Part shown: positions 1 to 9,112 of the stretch, one piece after another
Layout: each line of letters opens with the position of its first letter
Position numbering within the stretch: the stretch's first letter is position 1
NCBI GenBank assembly: GCA_964414295.1
Contig: CAYPVU010000002.1
Location: 1-63,861, forward strand
Length of the DNA: 63,861 nt
Direction: 5' to 3'
From: an uncultured Candidatus Saccharibacteria bacterium
Lineage (GTDB): Bacteria; Patescibacteriota; Dojkabacteria; J137
The notes under the pieces: model-generated
What the model saw: the letters and a program-made list of their open reading frames with translations, nothing else
What the model was told of the DNA's origin: nothing
Database searches by the model: none
Made by a program: the position numbers and the translations under genes

Positions 1-719
1 TAGATAATCCTATATTAGGGAATGCTACATATGCAGAAAGAAAAGAATGTATAAGAATAAATACTCTTTGGGCAAAAAGAAGTAAGGCTAAGTTTGATGA
101 ATTGAATGCGGGTATTAAACAAAAGTCATTAATTGGAGCCGTAATTCAAGGAGGAAATGATTATGAGTTAAGAAAGATTAGTGCAGAAGAACTTTTAGAA
201 TTAGATTTTGATATTTACAATTTTGGTGGAATGCCCCTACATACACAAACTACATGGCTTACAGAATCTAAAAAAGGTTTTTACCACGAAATGCTCGAAT
301 ATGTTTCTAGTCTAATCCCAAATAATAAGTATAAATATGCAATGGGGGTGGGACAGCCAGATGATATTGCTTTTTGTGTGGATGTAGGTTGGGATTTATT
401 TGATACCGTCTTGCCTACAAGAAATGCTAGACACGGTCTTTTATATGTAAGTGAAGGTAATGGAGAATCTACAAAATCATATAAAAATTTAAGTTATGAT
501 ACTTTGCATTTAAAAACAGAAAGATATAAGTATGATAAAAATCCCTTAGATTCAAACTGTAGCTGTGAAGCGTGTAAAACTGTTAGCAGAGCTTATTTAA
601 GACATTTGATAAGAATTGGAGAAGCAAGCGGTTTACGATTAGCTACAATTCATAATCTACAATTTTATTCTGATTGGATGAATAAGATTAGATCTACTCT
701 TTTTAATAACCTTACTTGA
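1..719 (+). CDS. tgt: queuine tRNA-ribosyltransferase, 5'-truncated at the window edge
   Basis: The frame is open back to position 3 (DNPILGNATYAERKEC...). Motifs YAMGVG.PDDI, GWDLFDTVLPTRNARHG and the Zn site CSCEAC...TIHNL. Confidence 0.95.
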   Translation, partial: DNPILGNATYAERKECIRINTLWAKRSKAKFDELNAGIKQKSLIGAVIQGGNDYELRKISAEELLELDFDIYNFGGMPLHTQTTWLTESKKGFYHEMLEYVSSLIPNNKYKYAMGVGQPDDIAFCVDVGWDLFDTVLPTRNARHGLLYVSEGNGESTKSYKNLSYDTLHLKTERYKYDKNPLDSNCSCEACKTVSRAYLRHLIRIGEASGLRLATIHNLQFYSDWMNKIRSTLFNNLT

Positions 720-794
720 TTGTAGGTTGCTTTTATAACGCCAACTAATTAATATATATAAGTAAAGATTAGTTTAAGTTTTAAGCTTTAGAAA

Positions 795-2348
795 ATGCCT
801 ATATCACCAAAAAGACCTAGACCAGTTGTTCTTATATCAATGGATGGTGTTGGAGTAGCTCCTCCAGGGCCGGGAAATGCTGTAACTTTAGCCAATACTC
901 AAAACCTAGATAAATTTTGGCCGCTATATCCTCATACTTACTTAGAAGCAGCAGGGTTAAATGTTGGTCTACCTTCAGGTACTGATGGTAATAGCGAAGT
1001 TGGGCATATGACTATGGGTGCAGGGAAGGTAATTTTTCAAAACTTACCTAGAATTGATAATGCGGTAAGAACTGGATCCTTTTATGAGAATCCAGCAATA
1101 AAGGATTTATTTGCACATGCTAAAAAGAATAATAGTAATGTGCATGTAATTGGTTTAGTGGGAAGTGGTTTTGTACACTCCTCTGCTGACCATTTAGAGG
1201 CTATTATTAAATTTGCAGCTTTAGAAAAAATAAATCCAGACAAACTCTTTGTACATGCAATAACTGATGGTAGAGACTCTCCACCTAAATCAGCAATTGA
1301 GATCCTGGAAAAAATTGAAACATGGTTAATACAAAGGAGAGTTGGTACATTGGCTTCTATAATAGGTAGAGCTTACGCTATGGATAGAAATAGAAATTGG
1401 GAAAGAACAAAGATGGCTTATGATCTTTATACAAAAGGTGGAACACCAATTAAAGATTGGCATAAAGCTATAGATGAATCTTATAAAAAAAATGTATTAG
1501 ACGAATACTTTGAACCCATGAGCATTGTTAAAGGTGGAGGCGAACCAGTTACTATTAAGGATAACGATGCAGTTATATTTTTTAATTTTAGACCGGATAG
1601 AGCTTATCAATTAGACTATGCATTTGAATCCGATGACTTTAAAGAATGGGAAAGAGTTAAATTAAATAATCTATACTGGATTGGTATGACAGATTATGAG
1701 AATGGAATGCCAAAGATTAAAGCTTTCCCTCCAGAAAAAGTAACTGTACCATTAGGAAAAGTGTTATCAACTCAGGGATTTAAACAATTAAGAATTGCTG
1801 AATCAGAAAAGTTCCCCCACGTGACTTATTTTTTTAATGGGCAAAATAAAGAAATATCTGCAGGAGAAACTTGGATAGAAGTACCTTCTCCTAAGGATGT
1901 TCCTACTTATGATTTAAAGCCAGAAATGAGTCAGAAATGGGTTACCGACATTTTAGTAGAAAAAATTGGTTCAAATGAATTTGATTTTATAATGGTAAAT
2001 TTTGCAGGACCCGATATGGTAGGACATACAGGGGTTATTGATGCTGCAGTAAAAGCAATGGAAGTTTGTGATCAGTGTGTAGGCAGAATTGTAGATGCTG
2101 CTTTAAAAGTAGATGGGGCTGTAGTAATAGCTGCAGACCACGGTAATGCAGAAGAAATGATCGATACTCAAACGGGAGCACCTGATACTAAGCACTCAAC
2201 AAATCAAATACCATTCTTAGTAATAGCCAATAATTTACCAACTAGAGAATTGCCTGTTGGTGGTTTAGCTGATGTTGCACCAACAATTCTATATTTGATG
2301 GGGTTAGAAGTTCCCCCAGAAATGACCGGAAGAAATTTATTAGCATAA
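795..2348 (+). CDS. gpmI: 2,3-bisphosphoglycerate-independent phosphoglycerate mutase
   Basis: Motifs GNSEVGH, FNFRPDRA, AESEKFPHVTYFFNG, DMVGHTG, ADHGNAE. Confidence 0.97.
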   Translation: MPISPKRPRPVVLISMDGVGVAPPGPGNAVTLANTQNLDKFWPLYPHTYLEAAGLNVGLPSGTDGNSEVGHMTMGAGKVIFQNLPRIDNAVRTGSFYENPAIKDLFAHAKKNNSNVHVIGLVGSGFVHSSADHLEAIIKFAALEKINPDKLFVHAITDGRDSPPKSAIEILEKIETWLIQRRVGTLASIIGRAYAMDRNRNWERTKMAYDLYTKGGTPIKDWHKAIDESYKKNVLDEYFEPMSIVKGGGEPVTIKDNDAVIFFNFRPDRAYQLDYAFESDDFKEWERVKLNNLYWIGMTDYENGMPKIKAFPPEKVTVPLGKVLSTQGFKQLRIAESEKFPHVTYFFNGQNKEISAGETWIEVPSPKDVPTYDLKPEMSQKWVTDILVEKIGSNEFDFIMVNFAGPDMVGHTGVIDAAVKAMEVCDQCVGRIVDAALKVDGAVVIAADHGNAEEMIDTQTGAPDTKHSTNQIPFLVIANNLPTRELPVGGLADVAPTILYLMGLEVPPEMTGRNLLA

Positions 2349-2365
2349 GAAATTAAGCTGGAATT

Positions 2366-2390
2366 AAAGCGGGCCTACAGGGCCCGCTTT
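2366..2390. terminator. bidirectional intrinsic terminator between gpmI and pyrG
   Basis: AAAGCGGGCC-TACAG-GGCCCGCTTT, a perfect 10-bp stem between convergent genes. Confidence 0.85.
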
Positions 2391-2394
2391 CTAT

Positions 2395-4068
2395 TTACTT
2401 CTTCCTTTTATGTTTTTCTGATGCTTTTACAAATTCTAAAAAGAAAGGATGCGGATTTAATGGACTAGACTTATATTCAGGATGAGCTTGTGTAGCTAAA
2501 AAGAAAGGATGAACCTTTTTAGGTAATTCTATTACTTCTACAAAAAAATCATCGGGACTGGTTCCACTAAATACCATTCCTTTTTCTTCTAATTCTTTTC
2601 TAAATTCATTATTAAATTCATATCTATGTCTATGCCTCTCACTTACAATTAAGTTCCCATCTTTTGCAACTTCCCCAATCCCGTATTTTGTATATACATC
2701 AAATGCTAAGGTTCCTTTTTTTATTACACAGTCAAAAGCTCCTAATCTCATAGATGTTCCTTCTCCTTTAATTACTTGGTATTTAGGATCAAAAGGAATT
2801 GAATGAATTATGTGGTGCTTAGATTTGGGATTTACTTCTTCTGAATTTGCATCTTTTAACCCTACAACATTCCTAGCAAACTCTACGCACGCTAACTGCA
2901 TTCCAAAACATAGTCCTAAGTAAGGTATTTTATTTTCTCTTGCAAACTTAATTGCTTCAATTTTACCTTCTACTCCTCTACTTCCCCATCCAATAGGGAC
3001 TATAATTCCATCAACACCACTTAATAATTCCTTGGCACCTTGTTTTTCTATATCTTCTGTATTAACAAATTTAAAGTCAACCCCTATTTGCGTTCCCCAA
3101 CTTGCATGTTTTAATGCGTGTGTTAAGGAGTTATAGGCATCTGGCAATTGATAATCACCTGTTGCAATATATTTGCCAGCAATAGCTATTGTTACTCTGT
3201 TTCTTCTTAATGTTGTAACTGTACTTACAAGGGTTTTCCATTTTTCAAACTTTAAAGGTTTAACTTTTAAATTAAGTGCTTTTAGTACTTTAGAATCAAA
3301 TTCTTGTTCTTCAAATTTTATAGGCAATTCATAAATGCTTTTTAAATCCGCATTCATAATTAATCTTTCTTTTGGCATATTACATTGAACTGCAACCTTA
3401 TCTTTTCTTAAAGTATCTATAGGTTGATTACTTCTAAGAATTAAAAAGTCTGGTTGAATACCAGCCATATTTAAAAATCTTAGTGATAATTGTGTAGGTT
3501 TAGTCTTTGGTTCTCCAAGGTGATCAGGAACAGGTACATAAGTAATATGAACATGAATAACATCTTCGTGATTATTTAGCTTCATTATTCTGGCTGCCTC
3601 GTAGTTGAATACATTTTGATATTCCCCTGCTGTACCTCCAAGTTCAACTAAACATATATCAAAACCTTCTGCTGCTTTTTTTATATTATCCATAATCTCA
3701 TTTGGAATGGCAGGAATTGCGTCTACAGTTTTCCCCCCATACCCCATAGATCTTTCTCTATCAATAACATTTTTATAAACCATCCCCATAGTTAAAAAGT
3801 TCTTTCTACCTACAGATATATCTAAAAATCTTTCGTAAGTACCTAAGTCCATATCTGCTTCTAATCCGTCATTACATAAGAAAGGATCTCCATGCTCTAT
3901 AGGATTAATAGTTCCTGAATCTACATTTAAGTAACTTTCGCATTTAATTGCAGTTACGCTATAACCTCTTGATTTAAGTAGAACTCCTAAAGATGCTGAA
4001 GTAACACCTTTACCAATACCTGAAATTACACCACCGGAAATAAAAATATACTTTGTTTTGGAAGACAT
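2395..4068 (-). CDS. pyrG: CTP synthase
   Basis: Motifs GGVISGIGKG, GLCFGMQ, ERHRHRYE, QAHPE. Confidence 0.98.
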   Translation of the reverse strand: MSSKTKYIFISGGVISGIGKGVTSASLGVLLKSRGYSVTAIKCESYLNVDSGTINPIEHGDPFLCNDGLEADMDLGTYERFLDISVGRKNFLTMGMVYKNVIDRERSMGYGGKTVDAIPAIPNEIMDNIKKAAEGFDICLVELGGTAGEYQNVFNYEAARIMKLNNHEDVIHVHITYVPVPDHLGEPKTKPTQLSLRFLNMAGIQPDFLILRSNQPIDTLRKDKVAVQCNMPKERLIMNADLKSIYELPIKFEEQEFDSKVLKALNLKVKPLKFEKWKTLVSTVTTLRRNRVTIAIAGKYIATGDYQLPDAYNSLTHALKHASWGTQIGVDFKFVNTEDIEKQGAKELLSGVDGIIVPIGWGSRGVEGKIEAIKFARENKIPYLGLCFGMQLACVEFARNVVGLKDANSEEVNPKSKHHIIHSIPFDPKYQVIKGEGTSMRLGAFDCVIKKGTLAFDVYTKYGIGEVAKDGNLIVSERHRHRYEFNNEFRKELEEKGMVFSGTSPDDFFVEVIELPKKVHPFFLATQAHPEYKSSPLNPHPFFLEFVKASEKHKRKK

Positions 4069-4158
4069 AGTTGAATAATTGATAACTATGTAACTTAGTT
4101 TATGTGAAAATTGGAATTAAGTAAATAGTGAAAATATAGTATACAAAATAGTTATCGG

Positions 4159-4971
4159 TTAAGGACTCTTCTGCTGCAGAATCCAGAATCTATTTTTTCC
4201 TAAAAAATCGTTCTTAATTTCTATGTTCCACTCTTTATTAAATTCTCTAGAATCTTCATGAGTATCATCTACTTCTAAAACTAGATACCCATTCTTTTTT
4301 AAGTGTTTTGGAGCTTGACTTATTAATTGTCGAATTAATTCTAATCCATCTATCCCCCCATCTAATGCGGTTAGAGGTTCAAAATGTTTAACAGAGGCAT
4401 TTAATTGGTTAATTCTATTTGAAGGAATATAAGGTAAATTTGCAAATATAATATCAGCTTTTGGTGCAAAATAATGCGTTAATAAATTAGATTCAAATAT
4501 CTTAATAAAATCAAATTTATCAAAATCAATTGTAATCTTTAATTCGTCATCACTCTCAATTACCCTTACATTCAAGTCAAAAATATTTCTTGCATTTCTT
4601 AATGCTACCTTTAATGCAGATTTTGATTTATCGGACAAATATCCATGAAAGTGAATTCCTTTTTTAATAAGTTCTTTAGCAAAGCTTAATCCAATTGCTC
4701 CACTCCCCGTTCCTATGTCGTAAAAAGTAATTAATTTATTTAATTCGATTCTATCTTTAATTAATTCTATTCCTAAATCAATCATTTCTTCAGTTTCTAT
4801 TCGAGGTATTAAAACATTTGAATTAACTATAAAATCTTGACCTTTAAAATCTACATGTCCTGTAATATATTCAACAGGAATATCATCATTAACAAGTTCT
4901 CGTAATTCAGGACCATTAAAGCCATGTTTAGCTAAATGAGAATATTCGTAGGGAGTAAATTGTCTAGCCAT
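4159..4971 (-). CDS. prmC: release factor glutamine methyltransferase (HemK/PrmC family)
   Basis: Motifs VLIPRIETE, DIGTGSGAI, ANLPYI, FEPLTALDGG. Confidence 0.9.
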   Translation of the reverse strand: MARQFTPYEYSHLAKHGFNGPELRELVNDDIPVEYITGHVDFKGQDFIVNSNVLIPRIETEEMIDLGIELIKDRIELNKLITFYDIGTGSGAIGLSFAKELIKKGIHFHGYLSDKSKSALKVALRNARNIFDLNVRVIESDDELKITIDFDKFDFIKIFESNLLTHYFAPKADIIFANLPYIPSNRINQLNASVKHFEPLTALDGGIDGLELIRQLISQAPKHLKKNGYLVLEVDDTHEDSREFNKEWNIEIKNDFLGKNRFWILQQKSP

Positions 4972-5014
4972 CTATAATCTATTAATTACTTAATTATAGA
5001 CTAAATGCTATTTA

Positions 5015-5419
5015 TTATCTTTTAAAAAACTTTTTCTTTTTTCCTTCTCCTTCGCCATCTCGCATTTCTTTTAATACACTTACTACTTTTAGTTTTCTTC
5101 CATTTCTTTTGACTTCTTCCTGAGCTTTTTCTAATAGATCAATTCTTATTAACTCTTTAATTAAATCCATTCTTTCTTTTGATGTAGAAATCTTTTCTTC
5201 TAAAGCTTTTATACTTTCATCTTCTTTAATTTTTTCTCTTAATTCTTTTGCTCTTTTTAGAATTTTATCTAGTTCTTCGATTTCTGGTTTTTGAAGTTTT
5301 AAATCTTTTAAATCATTTCTTAAAGTTCTCATTATATCTTTCATTTTAAAGTACTCCTCAACCTTATCCAAACCTTCTACTGTTAATAATTCTTCATTCG
5401 AAATGTTTACATCAGCCAT
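5015..5419 (-). CDS. hypothetical highly charged coiled-coil protein
   Basis: 134-aa ORF, K/E/L-rich heptad pattern, genome-like codon usage. Confidence 0.7.
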   Translation of the reverse strand: MADVNISNEELLTVEGLDKVEEYFKMKDIMRTLRNDLKDLKLQKPEIEELDKILKRAKELREKIKEDESIKALEEKISTSKERMDLIKELIRIDLLEKAQEEVKRNGRKLKVVSVLKEMRDGEGEGKKKKFFKR

Positions 5420-5529
5420 ATAAATTCTTTAAAAGGTAACGTTTTTTATCTTACACCAAGTTATTTTTTTTATCCATAACAAGGCTTTAAAGGTTTGTAT
5501 GTTATTATTTTTACAATTAATAAAAAACT

Positions 5530-6828
5530 ATGCGCGATATTATTCCTCCAGAAAGTGGATTTGAGAATCCCTTTGCATCAGCTGTTTTTAATTTCCCTTC
5601 TTGGGAGAGGATAAAAGAATCTTTAGATTATTTATTTTCTTTATTTGAATGGTTGGACGCTCACAACTTTGCAGGCGAGTACGGTCACCTTTTAAATCAA
5701 GGTAATGTAGATACTTTTTATTCCCAATACTACAATGCTCAAACCAGACTAAAAACCTTTTGGGAATTTTTAACATCTATAGAAGCCGTAAGTAGTAAAG
5801 AAGCACTGGTAAAGGCCTTAAATGCATTTAATAATCTTACAGGCAATCCTATGGAGTGCATTATTAACTATAATGGAAGAGACACCGTTTCTGTAGCAGT
5901 TTTTAATAATGATATGCCCCTTGGCCAATTAATGGTTGTATGTGAGAACGGTGAGTGGAGAATCGATATTTCTATCTGCTTTTTTGAGATAAATGGATCA
6001 ATTGTAGAAATAAGAAATAGTATTGAAGGAAAAACTTTTGCTTTAGCCTTTAGACCTAATTCCCCTTTTAATGTAATTGCAGCAGGTAGAGACGTTCAAG
6101 ATGCTTTAGCTGCAGAAGTTCCAACAGATGAATTTAAAGGAAATAATGGAGTCTTTATAAGAAATTTAGTAGCAAACGATGATATTTGTTACTTTGATAT
6201 ACAGCAAGTAGCACCGCAAAAAGCTAGACTTATTACAATTTATAATTCGCAAGACTCCGTTAGTGAACGTATAGATGTTGTTCCCTCCGAGTCTGGATTT
6301 GATGCTACATTAGAAGAAATTATTCCAGATAAAAATGGTACAGACAGAAAAGTAATTCTTAAGTATAAAGCTTCTTCAAAAAGTCTTTATGGATTAGATG
6401 TTAATAAGCTTAGATTAGTTTTAAAAAACAACGAAAATGTAATGTATAAATCAGAAATAACAAAGATTGAAGGCCAAAGTATTCCTTTTTCTACAACTGT
6501 AGATATGGAAAGTTCTAATATTAATAGTCTTTCAATCTTTTTTACAGAAGAAGGTGCGATTCGATTTATTAGCTTAGATGGAGAATATTTTGATATAAAT
6601 ACTGAAGTTACTCTATATCCTACGCCCGACAGAGCTTATATAATGCTTTTTCATAAAGAAGGATCTATTCATAACATGCAAAGACTAAAGGTTAGTTTTA
6701 CAAAGGATTATCACGTATTAATTATTGAAACTAATCCTGGACCTGTATTTGAGGTTGTAAACGGAAATTTATGGGTAGATTCAAACTTAACCTCCGGTAA
6801 TTTAAACAGGACAATAAGTTTAAATTAA
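5530..6828 (+). CDS. hypothetical protein
   Basis: 432-aa ORF with no recognised motif. Confidence 0.7.
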   Translation: MRDIIPPESGFENPFASAVFNFPSWERIKESLDYLFSLFEWLDAHNFAGEYGHLLNQGNVDTFYSQYYNAQTRLKTFWEFLTSIEAVSSKEALVKALNAFNNLTGNPMECIINYNGRDTVSVAVFNNDMPLGQLMVVCENGEWRIDISICFFEINGSIVEIRNSIEGKTFALAFRPNSPFNVIAAGRDVQDALAAEVPTDEFKGNNGVFIRNLVANDDICYFDIQQVAPQKARLITIYNSQDSVSERIDVVPSESGFDATLEEIIPDKNGTDRKVILKYKASSKSLYGLDVNKLRLVLKNNENVMYKSEITKIEGQSIPFSTTVDMESSNINSLSIFFTEEGAIRFISLDGEYFDINTEVTLYPTPDRAYIMLFHKEGSIHNMQRLKVSFTKDYHVLIIETNPGPVFEVVNGNLWVDSNLTSGNLNRTISLN

Positions 6829-6830
6829 AG

Positions 6831-6902
6831 TGAGCTGACCGAGACTCGAACTCGGAACCAACTGCTTAAAAGGCAGCTGCTCTACCATTGAGCTATCAGC
6901 CC
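6831..6902 (-). tRNA. tRNA-Lys (anticodon UUU)
   Basis: Reverse complement GGGCTGATAGCTCAATGGTAGAGCAGCTGCCTTTTAAGCAGTTGGTTCCGAGTTCGAGTCTCGGTCAGCTCA folds as a cloverleaf; CCA is not encoded. Confidence 0.95.
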
Positions 6903-6978
6903 GTTATTGCTAAAAAGGCGAATGAATTATATAAAAAAGTCCTGCTCTTGTCCATAAAATAAAAGATTTCTCTATTAT

Positions 6979-7542
6979 TTACTGGCTAATAGGAGTATAT
7001 GTATATTTATAATTAAATCCTGTTTCTCCTTTCCAAATATATAAAGTTGATAATTCCCCTTCTGATTGTGCAGATGCGTCTCCGGGTACAATAACAAGTA
7101 ATTTAGAGCTTTCTAATATATTTCTAATTGCTAATTTTAAATCTTCTGGAGCCAAGTAAGGTAAAACATATCCCATTATAGAAATATCTGCTTCTAGCTC
7201 ATACGCTTCAGTTACAGAATGAGGTGTAATAGATCTTAACTTTGAATATTTAGAAAGACTTTGCAATTTTTCCTGATTTAATAATGTTGTAGGGTCTAAT
7301 ATGTCAAATAGATCTAATTCTATATCCCATTCAGTAGATAATTTTTCTATTAAACCTGCAATTGCTTGACCTCTTCCACATGCACATTCTCTAATTCTTA
7401 TTTTGCCATCTAGCTTTTGTTTGTCTAGACCAGGAATAATATTACTATTTATTATGTAAGGAATATTATTATATCTAATTGCAGAAGATGCACTAGTATA
7501 TCCACTTTCGCCTATAAGTCCCCCCACACTTGTTCTAGACAT
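6979..7542 (-). CDS. hypothetical protein, possible class I SAM-methyltransferase fold
   Basis: Motif-I-like IRECACGRGQ followed by an acidic end of the next strand (LDLFDI); YVLPYL resembles motif IV. Confidence 0.5.
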   Translation of the reverse strand: MSRTSVGGLIGESGYTSASSAIRYNNIPYIINSNIIPGLDKQKLDGKIRIRECACGRGQAIAGLIEKLSTEWDIELDLFDILDPTTLLNQEKLQSLSKYSKLRSITPHSVTEAYELEADISIMGYVLPYLAPEDLKLAIRNILESSKLLVIVPGDASAQSEGELSTLYIWKGETGFNYKYTYTPISQ

Positions 7543-7635
7543 AATTACGTCTATTAGTTCCCCTAATTCAAGATTCTCCCCATTATTCTGTTGTTGAAAA
7601 TCTAAGGATTTTATAAGAAAGTATTAAAATATAAC

Positions 7636-7709
7636 TACACCCGGAGGGAGTCGAACCCCCAACATCTTGTTCCGAAGACAAGTGCTCTATCCAGTTGAGC
7701 TACGGGTGC
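7636..7709 (-). tRNA. tRNA-Arg (anticodon UCG)
   Basis: Reverse complement GCACCCGTAGCTCAACTGGATAGAGCACTTGTCTTCGGAACAAGATGTTGGGGGTTCGACTCCCTCCGGGTGTA folds as a cloverleaf. Confidence 0.95.
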
Positions 7710-7740
7710 TTAAATTACTAAACACCGAATTTTAGCACTT

Positions 7741-8529
7741 TTAGCTTCGTTGTGCAGTTACAACTAATCTGCCTTTTCCTGAATCAATAGCTCCTGAAGT
7801 TACAATTTTTATAGTATCTTTATTATCTGTAATACTATTATAAATATTCTCGTAGTTATTATTAATAAACTCTAATTTTGTTACTTTGTATCTTACTTCT
7901 TCTTCACCATCTTTAAGATAAATTTCATCATTAAGGTTTAGAAGATCCATAAAGTAGCAACTTCTAGGGTCATTATTATTGAAATGTCTTCTTAAGCATA
8001 GCACTGTTACTTCACCTTCTCCTAAATTGTAAGAAGATTTATGCTGCATAATTCCAAATTTTAATGATTCAGCTTTATTATCTCTATACACTGGTGAATT
8101 TAATGAGATTTTAGGGATTCTAATTAAATAGTTTTCTTTTACTTCTCCAGTTTGCCTTGTTGGTCCAAGCTTGTAATCGTCATTAATTTCCTCAAAAAAG
8201 TTCTCTACTCCAGAAACTATTAGGTTTTTATTTTCTGTAGAAAAGGCAAAGTTGTAATTTAGGTTCATATCAAGAACCTTTTGCTGCTCCACCGTTAAGG
8301 CGTCTGGATTAGTGCTTTGTACTATTGGTTCTTTTTTAGGAGGTATAGGAAAGTTGTAGTCTAGTCTATTTACCCTTATTAAATTAGAAACCTCTGCTAC
8401 AACTGTATTTACACCAGGACTTATAATTCTCCAAATAATATTCCCAATAGCAATAAGAGCAATGATTGATACTGCAAATATTGCGAGAACCATTATAAAT
8501 ATATTTTTGTCTTCCTTATTTACGTACAT
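7741..8529 (-). CDS. membrane-anchored sortase-fold protein with substituted catalytic His and Cys
   Basis: N-terminal TM; IRIPKISLNSPV...RYKVT...IVTS...GRLVVTA matches the sortase pattern, but AGHR reads LCLR and LITC reads IVTS. Confidence 0.75.
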   Translation of the reverse strand: MYVNKEDKNIFIMVLAIFAVSIIALIAIGNIIWRIISPGVNTVVAEVSNLIRVNRLDYNFPIPPKKEPIVQSTNPDALTVEQQKVLDMNLNYNFAFSTENKNLIVSGVENFFEEINDDYKLGPTRQTGEVKENYLIRIPKISLNSPVYRDNKAESLKFGIMQHKSSYNLGEGEVTVLCLRRHFNNNDPRSCYFMDLLNLNDEIYLKDGEEEVRYKVTKLEFINNNYENIYNSITDNKDTIKIVTSGAIDSGKGRLVVTAQRS

Positions 8530-8596
8530 TTAGGTAATATAATTAAAGAAATTATAACATAATCACCTATATATAATAAATAACCGTTATATAAAG

Positions 8597-9112
8597 ATGG
8601 CGCGAATAAAGACTGGTATAAAGCTTTCATTTTTAATATTACTTCTAATAGGAGTTGTAGTATCAGCAGTATTTTTAACTAGAAGACCTGAAGAATCTGT
8701 ATATAGATTTAATTCAGGATTACATTTAAGTTTTAATTTAAATGAATGGCATATCGAAAAGAATCCGTCTTTAGGTGATATCTTGCAACATGATAATAAG
8801 AATCTTTCTATTGCATTAACTACAGCTTCTTTAGAAACAGATGAAGATTTAAACACTGTAGTAGATTCAAGACTGACATTAATAAATAAAGAAAATGTTA
8901 CATTTGAAAAAGTTAATGAAGAAATTAATGGTTTAAAGTTTGTAAGGGTAAACTATTTTGACCAAGGAGATGAGAATGTAAACCAGCAGGTAAAAGGAGT
9001 AAGCTTTATAACTATTTACAATAAAATTTATACTACAATACAGATTTTTTACGAAAGTAGCCAGGATTTAGAGGATGCTCTAAAAGTTATAAGAACAGTT
9101 AACGCTAATTAG
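8597..9112 (+). CDS. hypothetical membrane-anchored secreted protein
   Basis: N-terminal hydrophobic segment and a beta-rich ectodomain. Confidence 0.7.
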   Translation: MARIKTGIKLSFLILLLIGVVVSAVFLTRRPEESVYRFNSGLHLSFNLNEWHIEKNPSLGDILQHDNKNLSIALTTASLETDEDLNTVVDSRLTLINKENVTFEKVNEEINGLKFVRVNYFDQGDENVNQQVKGVSFITIYNKIYTTIQIFYESSQDLEDALKVIRTVNAN

